From an uncultured Candidatus Saccharibacteria bacterium (GTDB lineage Bacteria; Patescibacteriota; Minisyncoccia; Phycocordibacterales; PALSA-1337), in contig CAZGUZ010000001.1 of assembly GCA_964529025.1 (NCBI GenBank), positions 70,163 to 134,162 of the forward strand: 64,000 bases of DNA. The letters run 5' to 3'. Shown one piece after another: positions 9,716 to 19,342 of this stretch (positions are counted from its first letter, which is position 1; every line of letters starts with the position of its first letter). The translations under genes and the position numbers were made by a program. The notes under the pieces are model-generated. The model was not told the origin of the DNA and made no database searches. It was given only the letters and a program-made list of their open reading frames with translations.

Positions 9716-11194
9716 CTAGCTTAAAAGCTCCGTTAATATTTTTCGTAATAGTTCTGGGTTTGCACTACTTCCTGAAGCCTTAACAGTTTTCATTGCCTGA
9801 CCAACCAAAAATTGTAGAGCACTTACTTTACCACTCTTAAAATCAGCAACTACTGTTGGGTTTGCTGCAACGATTGCTGCACACACAGTCTTAAGTTCAC
9901 CTTCATTACTATTTTGAATAAGACCTTGGATCTGAGCAATTTCTTCGGTAGTTCTTAAAGGAGTTTCGGCATCAACCAATGTTTCGTAGAGGTGCTTCAA
10001 AAGATCCTTTGCTCCTCGAGAAGAAAGTTTACCTGACTGAATAAGCTTAATCACATCAGCCATACGCTCTGGCGATATTTTATTAATTCCTTGCGCAATA
10101 TTTTCTCCGAAATCTTTTTTAATAAAACCAACGTAGTCGGTAAGAATATAATTAACAGACAATTTTACAGCTTCGGCTTTGTTGTCGAGTAATTGGGCAA
10201 CTTTTTCAAAGTATGAACCAAGCTGAACTACTATCACAAAAACTTCAACCTCCTCTGGCTTAAGACCAAAATCTTGTGTGTATCGCTTGCGCTTTTCCCA
10301 AGGTAATTCTGGTAATGTTCCTCGCAAATCTTCTGGCTTAAATTCTTCTATCTCAGAAATCATCATATGAGGAATATCAGGATCAGGAAAATATCGATAA
10401 TCATGTGAGCTTTCCTTTTTTCTCTGAGAAAATGTTGTTTGAGTACTATCATCCCAGCCACGAGTTTCTTGAACTACCTTTTCACCTCGGGCAAGTAAAT
10501 CTGATTGTCGCTTAATTTCATAAGCAATTGCGCGTTCAACAGCTCTAAAAGAGTTAAGGTTTTTAACTTCTGTTTTTGTACCAAACTTTTTATTATCAGT
10601 ATCCTCGCGAGTTGCAACAGAGATATTTGCCTCTACGCGCATATGACCCTTTTCCATATGAGCATCGCCTGCTCCCAAATAGCGAAGTACAAGCTGTAGT
10701 TCTTCGGCAAAACGAACGGCTGTTTCAGAGTCATGAATAACCGGTTCGGTTACAAGTTCCATAAGTGGAACACCTGCTCGGTTAAAATTAACGAGACTTT
10801 TCTCGTGAATATCGTGTGTTGATTGTGCAGTGTCTTCTTCAAGATGAATGCGGGTAATTTTAACGCCAGCAAGTTCTCCACCTTCAACAAGGGGGTATGC
10901 ATACTGACTTATTTGATAGCCTTTTGGAATGTCAGGGTAAAAATAGTTTTTTCTATCCCATTCAGTATAATCAGCAATCTTTGCACCAAGAGCATGCCCC
11001 ACACGCAAAACATGTCGAATTGCTTCAAAGTTAAGCACAGGGAGTGTCCCTGGATGCCCCATACATACAGGACACACAAGTGCATTGGGTTTTTCTTCGT
11101 CAGGATTATTTGCGCAACCACAAAACATCTTTGATCGTGTCTTGAGTTCAGCGTGAATTTCGAGACCAATTGTAGGAATGAGTTCTTGAGCCAT
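9716..11194 (-). CDS. gatB: Asp/Glu-tRNA amidotransferase subunit B
   Basis: IGLEIHAEL, RKNYFYPD, HLEED, EVKNLNS and DYRYFPDPD motifs. Confidence 0.97.
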   Translation of the reverse strand: MAQELIPTIGLEIHAELKTRSKMFCGCANNPDEEKPNALVCPVCMGHPGTLPVLNFEAIRHVLRVGHALGAKIADYTEWDRKNYFYPDIPKGYQISQYAYPLVEGGELAGVKITRIHLEEDTAQSTHDIHEKSLVNFNRAGVPLMELVTEPVIHDSETAVRFAEELQLVLRYLGAGDAHMEKGHMRVEANISVATREDTDNKKFGTKTEVKNLNSFRAVERAIAYEIKRQSDLLARGEKVVQETRGWDDSTQTTFSQRKKESSHDYRYFPDPDIPHMMISEIEEFKPEDLRGTLPELPWEKRKRYTQDFGLKPEEVEVFVIVVQLGSYFEKVAQLLDNKAEAVKLSVNYILTDYVGFIKKDFGENIAQGINKISPERMADVIKLIQSGKLSSRGAKDLLKHLYETLVDAETPLRTTEEIAQIQGLIQNSNEGELKTVCAAIVAANPTVVADFKSGKVSALQFLVGQAMKTVKASGSSANPELLRKILTELLS

Positions 11195-11205
11195 ACGTGC
11201 AACAA

Positions 11206-12204
11206 TTATAACGCAGAATCGGTTTTCGTTGGAACCATTTCTCGTAAATGAACACTGAGCATATCTTTAAACTTTTTCAAAGACTCATCATCGAGAACCG
11301 AGACTGCATAAACATACTTTGAATACTTTTTCATTAAGTCTACTGCAGCTTTAACCTGCTCTGGTGTACTCATATCGGTCTTTGTGAGCACAATGATTTC
11401 TGGTTTATGCTCAAGCTCATTACCATATTCTTTAAGTTCTTTTCGAATTGTAGTGTATACATCTTCGATATTTTCATTTTCAAGAGAAACACAGTGAACA
11501 ACAACTGATGTTCTTTTTACGTGACGCAAAAATGCATGACCTAAACCTTTACCTTCGGATGCCCCTTCAATGAGTCCTGGAATATCAGCAAGAACGTAGC
11601 CATAGAATGCACCGAGGTTTGGCTCAAGTGTGGTAAAGGCATAATTACCAACCTTTGCCTTTGCATTTGTTAGGGCATTAAGAAGACTTGATTTACCTGC
11701 ATTTGGCTGCCCTACAAAACCGGCATCAGCAGCAAGCTGTAGCTCAACAAAAAAATCTGCTTCTTCGCCTGGTTTGCCTGGAGTTGATTGCTCTGGACGA
11801 ACATTTGTCGACGCTTTAAAGTGTTCGTTTCCAAGACCGCCGTTTCCACCCTTAAGAATTCGGACTGTTTCACCTTCGGTCAAAAGGTGTATTGGTCTAT
11901 TCGTTCGCAAATCAGTAACCACGGAACCGATAGGTAAATCGATAATGAGATCAGCTCCACTACGGCCGAACATACTATCGCTCATACCATCAATACCGTT
12001 TTCGGCTACGAATTCCTTTTGATTTCGATATTGAGTAAGTAAAGCAAGGTCGCGGACAGCGCGTACGAATACGTCGCCACCCTTTCCACCGTTACCACCA
12101 GAGGCCCCAGCAAATTCGCGACCCTTTTCATGGCGCCAGCGTACAACACCTGATCCTCCATTGCCTGCCTTAACGTGAAATGTAAGTTCGTCTATAAAAG
12201 CCAT
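11206..12204 (-). CDS. obgE: GTPase Obg
   Basis: Gly-rich Obg domain, GQPNAGKSS, FTTLEP, DIPGLIEGA and TKTD. Confidence 0.96.
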   Translation of the reverse strand: MAFIDELTFHVKAGNGGSGVVRWRHEKGREFAGASGGNGGKGGDVFVRAVRDLALLTQYRNQKEFVAENGIDGMSDSMFGRSGADLIIDLPIGSVVTDLRTNRPIHLLTEGETVRILKGGNGGLGNEHFKASTNVRPEQSTPGKPGEEADFFVELQLAADAGFVGQPNAGKSSLLNALTNAKAKVGNYAFTTLEPNLGAFYGYVLADIPGLIEGASEGKGLGHAFLRHVKRTSVVVHCVSLENENIEDVYTTIRKELKEYGNELEHKPEIIVLTKTDMSTPEQVKAAVDLMKKYSKYVYAVSVLDDESLKKFKDMLSVHLREMVPTKTDSAL

Positions 12205-12230
12205 ATTTGTTCGGTGAGTGTATCACAGAC

Positions 12231-13274
12231 CTACTCTGCCGTCACCTGTTTGTAAATATCAAGAAGAGCCAAAAGAAGACTGAGCGATAGTGGACCAAGG
12301 ATAAGTCCGATCGGACCAAAGAATGACAAACCACCGACAACTGACAAAAGAATAAGAAATTCGTGCACATCAACACCTTGCTGAACAATTCGTGGACCTA
12401 AAAAATTGTCGATGAGACCAACTGCAACAACTCCCCATACAAGAAAGCCTACTGCAAATGCTGTAGCGCCTGTAGCAAATAAATAGATAATACCCGGTAC
12501 AACCACAAGTGCCGTACCTACTCCTGGAATCAAAGATGCAATAGCAGCAACACTACCCCACAAAGCTGGGTTTGGTATACCGAACAAAAAGAAACCGAAA
12601 CCCGTAAGCACTCCTTGAATTCCTGCAACCACAAGTGAACCACGGATAACTGAGTTAATTGCTCGCTCGAGTTTAGTAAAAATCAAATTGTCGTATTCAT
12701 CATTAAGAGGTGAAAGCTTAGTCAGCATTGCTCGAACACGTGAACCATCTTTAAGCATATAGAACAAAGCAATGAGCAAGATGAAAGCGTTAAACATGAT
12801 TGTAGCGAAACTCGAGAATACGAAATCAATGTTCGTAAATGACCACTCAAGAGCACTCCTAATATAGGTAGCTATATCGAAAGAATCAAAAGAGATGAGC
12901 GCGCTTTCTCCGAAGATCTTATAGCTTATACGATTTGCAATACCATTAAGTGTATCGATCATTTGTACACGATTGCCTTCATGAGTTAAGTACACATAGA
13001 CATCCTGTGCTTCAAGAGAGATTTGGAGTACTAAAAATGAAAGCGGAATAAGGACCGCCGCAAAAACAATTGCAAGTGTTACACATGTTGAAAATGAACT
13101 GCCTTCATTACCTCGTGAGAATATTTTAGAGACAAAACGGTGCAGTGGCCTAAATAATACAGAAAAAACGAGAGCGAGAACGAGGGTCGAGATGTACGGC
13201 AAAAAAACTAATGTAGTAAGTACCGCTACGACACTTAATAGTGAAAAGAAAAAGTAATGTTGATTTCTATGCAT
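12231..13274 (-). CDS. AI-2E family transporter
   Basis: Multi-TM protein with IPGVG, IDNFLGP and FGPIGLILGP motifs. Start set at MHRN. Confidence 0.88.
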   Translation of the reverse strand: MHRNQHYFFFSLLSVVAVLTTLVFLPYISTLVLALVFSVLFRPLHRFVSKIFSRGNEGSSFSTCVTLAIVFAAVLIPLSFLVLQISLEAQDVYVYLTHEGNRVQMIDTLNGIANRISYKIFGESALISFDSFDIATYIRSALEWSFTNIDFVFSSFATIMFNAFILLIALFYMLKDGSRVRAMLTKLSPLNDEYDNLIFTKLERAINSVIRGSLVVAGIQGVLTGFGFFLFGIPNPALWGSVAAIASLIPGVGTALVVVPGIIYLFATGATAFAVGFLVWGVVAVGLIDNFLGPRIVQQGVDVHEFLILLSVVGGLSFFGPIGLILGPLSLSLLLALLDIYKQVTAE

Positions 13275-13290
13275 ACTCTTAGTATACACC

Positions 13291-13317
13291 AAAAAGCCAT
13301 CTTGTATGATGGCTTTT
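13291..13317 (-). terminator. Intrinsic terminator after secA
   Basis: AAAAGCCATC-TTGTAT-GATGGCTTTT inverted repeat. Confidence 0.75.
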
Positions 13318-13319
13318 AT

Positions 13320-15797
13320 TTACTTATTTTTCTTCTGTGCTCGCCTATCTTTTCGATTGCCCTGCTTTTCTGTTTGTTCACCTGAATTTGTTGCGAGTGA
13401 ATCTGGATTTGTATGGACTTCTTTAAGCTTTTCTTGCTCTGGCTGAGCAACCTGAACTCCAACATGCGGTAAGAGTGAAAGTATTTGATTATCTACTGAC
13501 ATTTGCATTACCTTAAATAAACGCAGACCTTCTTTCTTGTACTCAACAAGTGGATCATGTTGTCCGTAGGCACGAAGATTTACACTGCCTCGCAAATAAT
13601 CCATAACCTCAAGGTGATCAACCCACAAAGTATCAATTGATTGCAAAATAACTTGTCGAATAACTTCACTGAAAGGTTCGCTTCCAAACTGAGTTACCTT
13701 TTCAGCAATGGTTTTTGTAAGCTTTTCTTGATCTTCTGTATTTGGAACACGGGCAATAATCTCATTGATACGCTCATATACAGTCTGAGTATTTGCTGTA
13801 AGTATATCTCGGCGGCGAGCATATACTGTTACACGCTGCTGATTGAGAACATCGTCATACTGCAAAACATGCTTTCTTCCATCAAAATGAAATCCTTCGA
13901 TCTTAGACTGAGCACCTTCAAGAGTCTTAGTTATAAATGAATTTTGAATTGCTTCGTCCTCGGGAACATTTAATTTTGCAAGTACGCCACGAATAGTTTC
14001 ACCACCAAAAATTCGCATAAGAGAATCTTCAAGAGAAACAAAGAACTGGGTCTCACCCGGATCACCTTGGCGACCAGCTCGTCCTCGGAGCTGATTATCA
14101 ATGCGTCGCGCATCATGACGCTCTGTTCCGAGAACAAAGAGTCCACCAAGAGCTTTTACTTCTTCGTATTGCTCTGGAGTTGCAGGATTACCACCGAGTT
14201 TAATGTCGACTCCTCGACCAGCCATGTTTGTTGCAATTGTCACTGCACTTTTTTTTCCTGCTTGAGCCACAATTTCTCCTTCTTTCTCATGATTCTTAGC
14301 ATTGAGCATATTGTGAGGCACGCCTTCTTTATGTAAGAAGTTGCTCAACATTTCATTGCGTTCAATAGAAACAGTACCAATGAGTACTGGTTGACCTTTT
14401 GAATGAATTTCTTTAACGCGTCGAGCAATTGCTTTAAACTTTCCTTGCTCTGTTCTGAATATCAAATCCTGATGATCTTTACGTGCAACTGTTTTATTTG
14501 TAGGAACAACAACAGTATCAAGGCCGTACACTTTATAAAACTCTTCTTTAGAGGTCTCGGCAGTACCTGTCATACCCGACAACTTTGTATAAAGTCTGAA
14601 AAAGTTTTGATAGGTAATAGAAGCAAAAGTTCGTGACTCTTGTTGAACCTTAAGACCTTCTTTAGCCTCAACAGCTTGATGAAGCCCTTCTGACCAGCGT
14701 CGGCCCGGCTGCATACGGCCAGTAAATGGATCTACAATAACCACCTGTCCATCTTTTACAACATAGTCTGTGTCTATGGTGTACAAAGATTTTGCTTTAA
14801 GCGCTGTTTCGAGGTGATGAACATATTTAATACCGGCATCTGCATATAGGTTTTGCACGCCCATAGCTTTTTCAACCTTGGCAATACCAGCCATAGTAAC
14901 AGCTACTGACTTTGATTTTTCATCAACGGTATAGTCTTCGGTCAAATTAAGTGATGCTGCGATTTGGGCAAATTGTGCATAGAGCATTCCTGAATCTGCT
15001 GCGGGTGCAGAAATGATAAGTGGAGTTCGAGCTTCGTCAATAAGAATTGAGTCAATTTCATCGACAATTGCATAGTTTGGCAAACGCTGTCGCAAGCGTT
15101 CTGAACGGTATTCAAGATTATCGCGTAAATAATCAAAACCAAATTCACTATTTGTTCCGTAAGTAATGTGCGCTTTATATGCTTCGCTACGTGATACGGG
15201 TCGCATGAACTCATTTACAACCTTAAATGAGCCTTGCTCATCGCGGACATCATCTTGTTGTTCTCCTGTATGAGATGGATCGTAAATAAATGAAGAGTCA
15301 TGATTGAGAATACCCACAGTAAGGCCAAGGTAATCGTAAATTTGACCCATCCACACACCGTCACGGCGTGACAAATAGTCATTAACTGTTACAACATGAA
15401 CACCCTTACCCGTAAGAGCATTCAAATATCCTGGGAGTGTGGCAACGAGAGTTTTTCCTTCTCCTGTACGCATTTCGGCAATATTACCGTCATTCATAAT
15501 CATGCCTCCAATAAGCTGAACATCGAAATGTCTTTGACCGAGAGTTCTTCGTGCAGCTTCGCGAACTAAAGCGAAAGCTTCAGAAAGAATTGGGTCGAGG
15601 GCTTTTTGTATATTTTCTTTTGTATCTAAATTTGCCTGACTCAAGGTTTGCATAAAAAATGCAGTGCGAGCACGCATATCCGCTTGAGTCATTTTTTCTA
15701 CCTGAGGTTCGAGGGCATTAATCTCGAGTACACGCTTTTTATACTGCTTAATGAGGCGACCATTATTGTCGCCGAGTAAATTTTTGAGCCATTGCAT
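13320..15797 (-). CDS. secA: Preprotein translocase ATPase SecA
   Basis: MRTGEGKT, VDEIDSILIDEARTPLIIS, ATNMAGRG and QLRGRAGRQGDPG motifs. Confidence 0.98.
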   Translation of the reverse strand: MQWLKNLLGDNNGRLIKQYKKRVLEINALEPQVEKMTQADMRARTAFFMQTLSQANLDTKENIQKALDPILSEAFALVREAARRTLGQRHFDVQLIGGMIMNDGNIAEMRTGEGKTLVATLPGYLNALTGKGVHVVTVNDYLSRRDGVWMGQIYDYLGLTVGILNHDSSFIYDPSHTGEQQDDVRDEQGSFKVVNEFMRPVSRSEAYKAHITYGTNSEFGFDYLRDNLEYRSERLRQRLPNYAIVDEIDSILIDEARTPLIISAPAADSGMLYAQFAQIAASLNLTEDYTVDEKSKSVAVTMAGIAKVEKAMGVQNLYADAGIKYVHHLETALKAKSLYTIDTDYVVKDGQVVIVDPFTGRMQPGRRWSEGLHQAVEAKEGLKVQQESRTFASITYQNFFRLYTKLSGMTGTAETSKEEFYKVYGLDTVVVPTNKTVARKDHQDLIFRTEQGKFKAIARRVKEIHSKGQPVLIGTVSIERNEMLSNFLHKEGVPHNMLNAKNHEKEGEIVAQAGKKSAVTIATNMAGRGVDIKLGGNPATPEQYEEVKALGGLFVLGTERHDARRIDNQLRGRAGRQGDPGETQFFVSLEDSLMRIFGGETIRGVLAKLNVPEDEAIQNSFITKTLEGAQSKIEGFHFDGRKHVLQYDDVLNQQRVTVYARRRDILTANTQTVYERINEIIARVPNTEDQEKLTKTIAEKVTQFGSEPFSEVIRQVILQSIDTLWVDHLEVMDYLRGSVNLRAYGQHDPLVEYKKEGLRLFKVMQMSVDNQILSLLPHVGVQVAQPEQEKLKEVHTNPDSLATNSGEQTEKQGNRKDRRAQKKNK

Positions 15798-15828
15798 ACC
15801 GGCTATCCTATCATATTTATAAGCATAT

Positions 15829-15854
15829 AAAAAGACCGACGAATGTCGGCCTTT
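15829..15854 (-). terminator. Intrinsic terminator closing the candidate ncRNA
   Basis: Minus strand AAAGGCCGAC-ATTC-GTCGGTCTTTTT. Confidence 0.75.
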
Positions 15855-16232
15855 GCAAAAAATATGCTTGGGGTTGAATGAAGGGGGTGGTTGTACAGGA
15901 GTCTTGGCGGCGACTCAATGTATGCGAGCCACCCCCTTCACCCCTTGCTCACCCAAGGTACTCAGTACCTTGTTGAACTGCGCTAACACTCCGGTCTTGA
16001 AGTGTCACCACTCACTCCCCTTTATCCCCGGAGTGGTTGCGCAGCCGCACAGTAACACCATACTGTGTGGCAGATCCTCGCTCAAGGCCAAGCCTGAGCA
16101 CAAGATCGTATAGAGAACGGGGCCCTTCGACCCTATCCCCTCCCATTTCAAGTAGATTGTTCATTCCCTCTGGCCGCCCTTTTCTCCCCTGGGCCCTACC
16201 AGTGAACAATCCCTACCCAAACGGTCTACACT
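15830..16232 (-). ncRNA. Candidate ~400-nt structured non-coding RNA, class unknown
   Basis: GC-richer intergenic block with about 7 consecutive helices, a sigma70-like promoter upstream and a terminator downstream. No convincing ORF. Confidence 0.55.
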
Positions 16233-16236
16233 GCAT

Positions 16237-16266
16237 ATAGTATACACCATATCTGAATAATGTCAA
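16237..16266 (-). promoter_or_regulatory. Sigma70-like promoter
   Basis: Minus strand TTGACA (16266-16261), then TATACT at 16 nt spacing or TACTAT at 18 nt spacing. Confidence 0.7.
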
Positions 16267-16361
16267 TAGCTTTAAACGCCGACTGATTAATACGGGTGTA
16301 ATATGGCTTTATTGAGCCATTTAGTATAAAGTCACACGACCAGTTACTTGCACTTTTCAAA

Positions 16362-17417
16362 TTATAAACAACAAACTTCCCTTTCGAGAGTTATATTAAA
16401 TTCTTTGAGGCATTTTTCTTCAATTTCTTGTGCTAAAGAATAAACATCGGCAGAGCTTGATGAAATTCCCCTTTCCATAGCCAAGACGAGTGGTTGATTT
16501 TTGTACACTTCAGCATTTCCTTTGCGGTAACCATTCAAATGAAGCACCTTATCAAGAAGCCATGCCAAAGAAATCTTATACTGACCATTTTTAGATGGAT
16601 ATGCGGGCAGTCCAGGATATTGCCTTTGTAGCCTTTTCAGTTGTTCTTCAGAAATTACTGGATTTTTAAAAAATGAACCTGCTGTTCCGTAGTGATTAAG
16701 GGGTGGTAGTTTTTTGGAACGAATCTCGCAAATTGCTTTGCGAATTTCTTGCGGATGATTTGGCATATTCCCTGCGAAATAGTTTTTAACATCCGGATAT
16801 GAAATATTTGGCTGGGAATTTTTTGAAAGCTTATATATTACCGCTGTCACAATGTATGTATTTGGCCTTGCTTTAAAAATACTGTGACGATAGTCAAAGT
16901 GACAGTCTTCATTCATTAAAGTAACTATCGGTAAATCCTGCTGTATGATATCGATACACTCTACTGCAACAATAGTTGATTGCACCTCTACTCCATATGC
17001 ACCGATATTTTGAATTGCACTTGCACCGACAAGACCGGGAATTGCCGAGAGGTTTTCAAAACCCCATAGACCTTTTTCGACAGTAACCCGCACGAGATTA
17101 TCCCAGTCTTCTCCTGCCTTTGCTTTTACATATACACTACTTTCATCTTGATTTTGCTGTGCCACCTCTAAAGGAAAGTAGTCGGAGAAATTTATTCCCT
17201 TGGCACGAATCATGAGTACAACTCCATTAAAACCATCGTCATGAACTAAAGTATTTGAACCGCCTCCAATAACTGTAATTGGTAGCTTGTGGTTGCGAGC
17301 ATAATTAACACCCTCACGAATATCTGCAATAGTACTGCATTCAATAAGTGTACGAGCCTTACCCCCTACTCCAAAGGTTGTAAGCGGGCCGAGTTCTGTA
17401 TTGTGAGATATTTTCAT
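16362..17417 (-). CDS. murB: UDP-N-acetylenolpyruvoylglucosamine reductase
   Basis: TTFGVGG, GGGSN, IPGLVGASAIQNIGAYG, YRHSIFK, AGSFFKNP and LEREV motifs. Confidence 0.95.
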   Translation of the reverse strand: MKISHNTELGPLTTFGVGGKARTLIECSTIADIREGVNYARNHKLPITVIGGGSNTLVHDDGFNGVVLMIRAKGINFSDYFPLEVAQQNQDESSVYVKAKAGEDWDNLVRVTVEKGLWGFENLSAIPGLVGASAIQNIGAYGVEVQSTIVAVECIDIIQQDLPIVTLMNEDCHFDYRHSIFKARPNTYIVTAVIYKLSKNSQPNISYPDVKNYFAGNMPNHPQEIRKAICEIRSKKLPPLNHYGTAGSFFKNPVISEEQLKRLQRQYPGLPAYPSKNGQYKISLAWLLDKVLHLNGYRKGNAEVYKNQPLVLAMERGISSSSADVYSLAQEIEEKCLKEFNITLEREVCCL

Positions 17418-17645
17418 GTGATGCGTAATAATGGCGAACGGGTGTTAGCTCCAAATATAATGTCTAAATTAAGATGTGAGTACAGCCGTCCGCCGTTACT
17501 AAGCACCACACATCTACAATCATATACTAATATTAGCGGTAATGCAGGATTTTATCCACATAAAAACGCAAAATCCTGCCGAGACAGGATCTTACGTAGA
17601 CATTCATTTGGTTTGGACTAACAGAGTTAGTACCCACACGTAAAT

Positions 17646-17674
17646 AGTATAGACCCGTATTCTTGAGTGGTCAA
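17646..17674 (-). promoter_or_regulatory. Sigma70-like promoter upstream of the murB leader
   Basis: Minus strand TTGACC-N17-TATACT. Confidence 0.7.
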
Positions 17675-17944
17675 TGATTTTATACACATACACACAATTC
17701 ACCGAGTATTCCCCTGTTTTCTTAAGAAAGTCTCAAAAAATCATTTTATTTTTATCTCTTTTTTATAAATATTTTAAGAGAACAGGTCATACTATTCGCA
17801 CCACATACGTGGCATTATTATTTAAAATAAATTTATGTCTATTGATACACACGAACCACTCGAGGACCTTATCGAAAATAATACTTTCGAAGAAGACTCG
17901 GATGACTTAACAAATGAGCTTGAGCCATGGCATACTGAAGAAGA

Positions 17945-19342
17945 ATGACCGAGCAAACACTAACCGACACAGAGAGGATTAAGAAAGTGGGAACCACTCT
18001 ACTTAACGGCACTCTTATAGTGCTCGGTTTGTGTACCTGCACCATAATCTACGGCACCTTAACTCGTGGCGAATATTATAACGGTATCAATCTAGGTTTA
18101 TTTATGTGCATAGTTGGGATCATGGTATTCATACGTTTTCTTTACCATAAGAACTGGATTACCCTTGCATCAGTCAGTTTTGTTACCATCTTTGCCCTTG
18201 GCTGCTCTTACGGTGCATTTACATGGGGAGCAAGCATGCCAATCACTCTTTTAGGATTTGGCCTTACTATAGTTTTCACAACCTCGCTTCTTGGCAATAA
18301 AAGCGGTATCGCCGCACTCGTCATCACTGCTGTGGTACTCATAACTGCTGGAGTGCTCGAAATGGATCGTGGCATACCATCATGGAAATCAGAAAACATT
18401 GTCATTGCTGACCTCATCATATATACAGTCATGCTTGGCCTCACGACTCTCGTAGGTTGGTTGGCACAAAAGCAAATTGCTCAGGCACTTGAAAAAGCAA
18501 ATACTGCCGCAAGGGTTCTTAAACAAGAACAACAGAACTTGGGCAATATGGTCTCTGCTCAGGTACAGAAAATCGAAGCGGGCTTTAGAAAAGATATGAC
18601 TTCATCACAACATCAAGCAGATTTTGGAAAAATTGCTCAAGGATTATTCCACGATCTCATTAATCCAATCACCACTTTGACACTCACTATTGAAAGTATT
18701 AGATCGGGGCGAATTGGTATTAACGATGCATACATGCACTCAGAAAGCCTTAAGCGAGCGATATCAAGAACACAAAGATACCTTACTGCAGTTAAAAATA
18801 ACTTGGGTAAACCCAGTCTAGCTTGCGAATTCGATATCAAAGAAGAAATCTTAGCTGCTCTGGCACTCCATGAGTTTAGGGCTCGCCAAAATGACATTGG
18901 GCTTATTGTGCACGGTGAGCCATTCCCTATGTATGGTGATCCGATACAGCTCGGGCAAATTGTCTCTACTTTTGTATCAAATTCACTTGATGCTTTCGAG
19001 GACATTGAACGCAAACACAAGAAAATAATTATTCACTGGAAAATACGTCCGCGCACAATATCACTAACAGTAAAGGATAATGCTTGTGGCATGAGTGCCG
19101 AAACTCTCTCAAAAATCAGCACCTCATTCTTTACAACCAAAGAAAATGGTAATGGTTTTGGTTTAAATGCCGCAAAAAGTTCTCTCGAGAAATTCTTCAA
19201 TGGAACACTTTCCCTAGGTAGCGAGCTCGGAAAAGGAACCACAGTAACCTGTAGTATTCCCTTGCAAACGACTAACTCTCTAAGCGATGAATTGCAAACT
19301 CAAGCAGAAAATAATTACGAAGAGAATCTTGGCTCTCCTTAA
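17945..19342 (+). CDS. Membrane sensor histidine kinase (orphan)
   Basis: About 6 N-terminal TM helices, H-box FHDLINP, N-box VSNSLDA, DNACGM and FFTTKENGNGFGL. Confidence 0.9.
   Translation: MTEQTLTDTERIKKVGTTLLNGTLIVLGLCTCTIIYGTLTRGEYYNGINLGLFMCIVGIMVFIRFLYHKNWITLASVSFVTIFALGCSYGAFTWGASMPITLLGFGLTIVFTTSLLGNKSGIAALVITAVVLITAGVLEMDRGIPSWKSENIVIADLIIYTVMLGLTTLVGWLAQKQIAQALEKANTAARVLKQEQQNLGNMVSAQVQKIEAGFRKDMTSSQHQADFGKIAQGLFHDLINPITTLTLTIESIRSGRIGINDAYMHSESLKRAISRTQRYLTAVKNNLGKPSLACEFDIKEEILAALALHEFRARQNDIGLIVHGEPFPMYGDPIQLGQIVSTFVSNSLDAFEDIERKHKKIIIHWKIRPRTISLTVKDNACGMSAETLSKISTSFFTTKENGNGFGLNAAKSSLEKFFNGTLSLGSELGKGTTVTCSIPLQTTNSLSDELQTQAENNYEENLGSP

Noticed and set aside
15830-16232. Assignment as RNase P RNA, tmRNA or SRP RNA
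   Set aside because: The size is similar but I could not find the diagnostic conserved motifs on either strand.
15853-16240. Three short ORFs (86, 65 and 67 aa) in the secA-murB gap
   Set aside because: They overlap each other, have non-ATG starts and no motifs. Dense base-pairing explains the region better, though a ~50-aa peptide from the internal ATG cannot be excluded.
17552-17560. Replication origin suggested by DnaA box TTATCCACA
   Set aside because: Only one perfect box, with isolated near-matches around 53845 and 55456. No cluster and no dnaA/dnaN nearby.
17674-17910. 78-aa ORF upstream of the kinase
   Set aside because: Very AT-rich, abuts the divergent promoter and has no protein-like features; more likely regulatory DNA.
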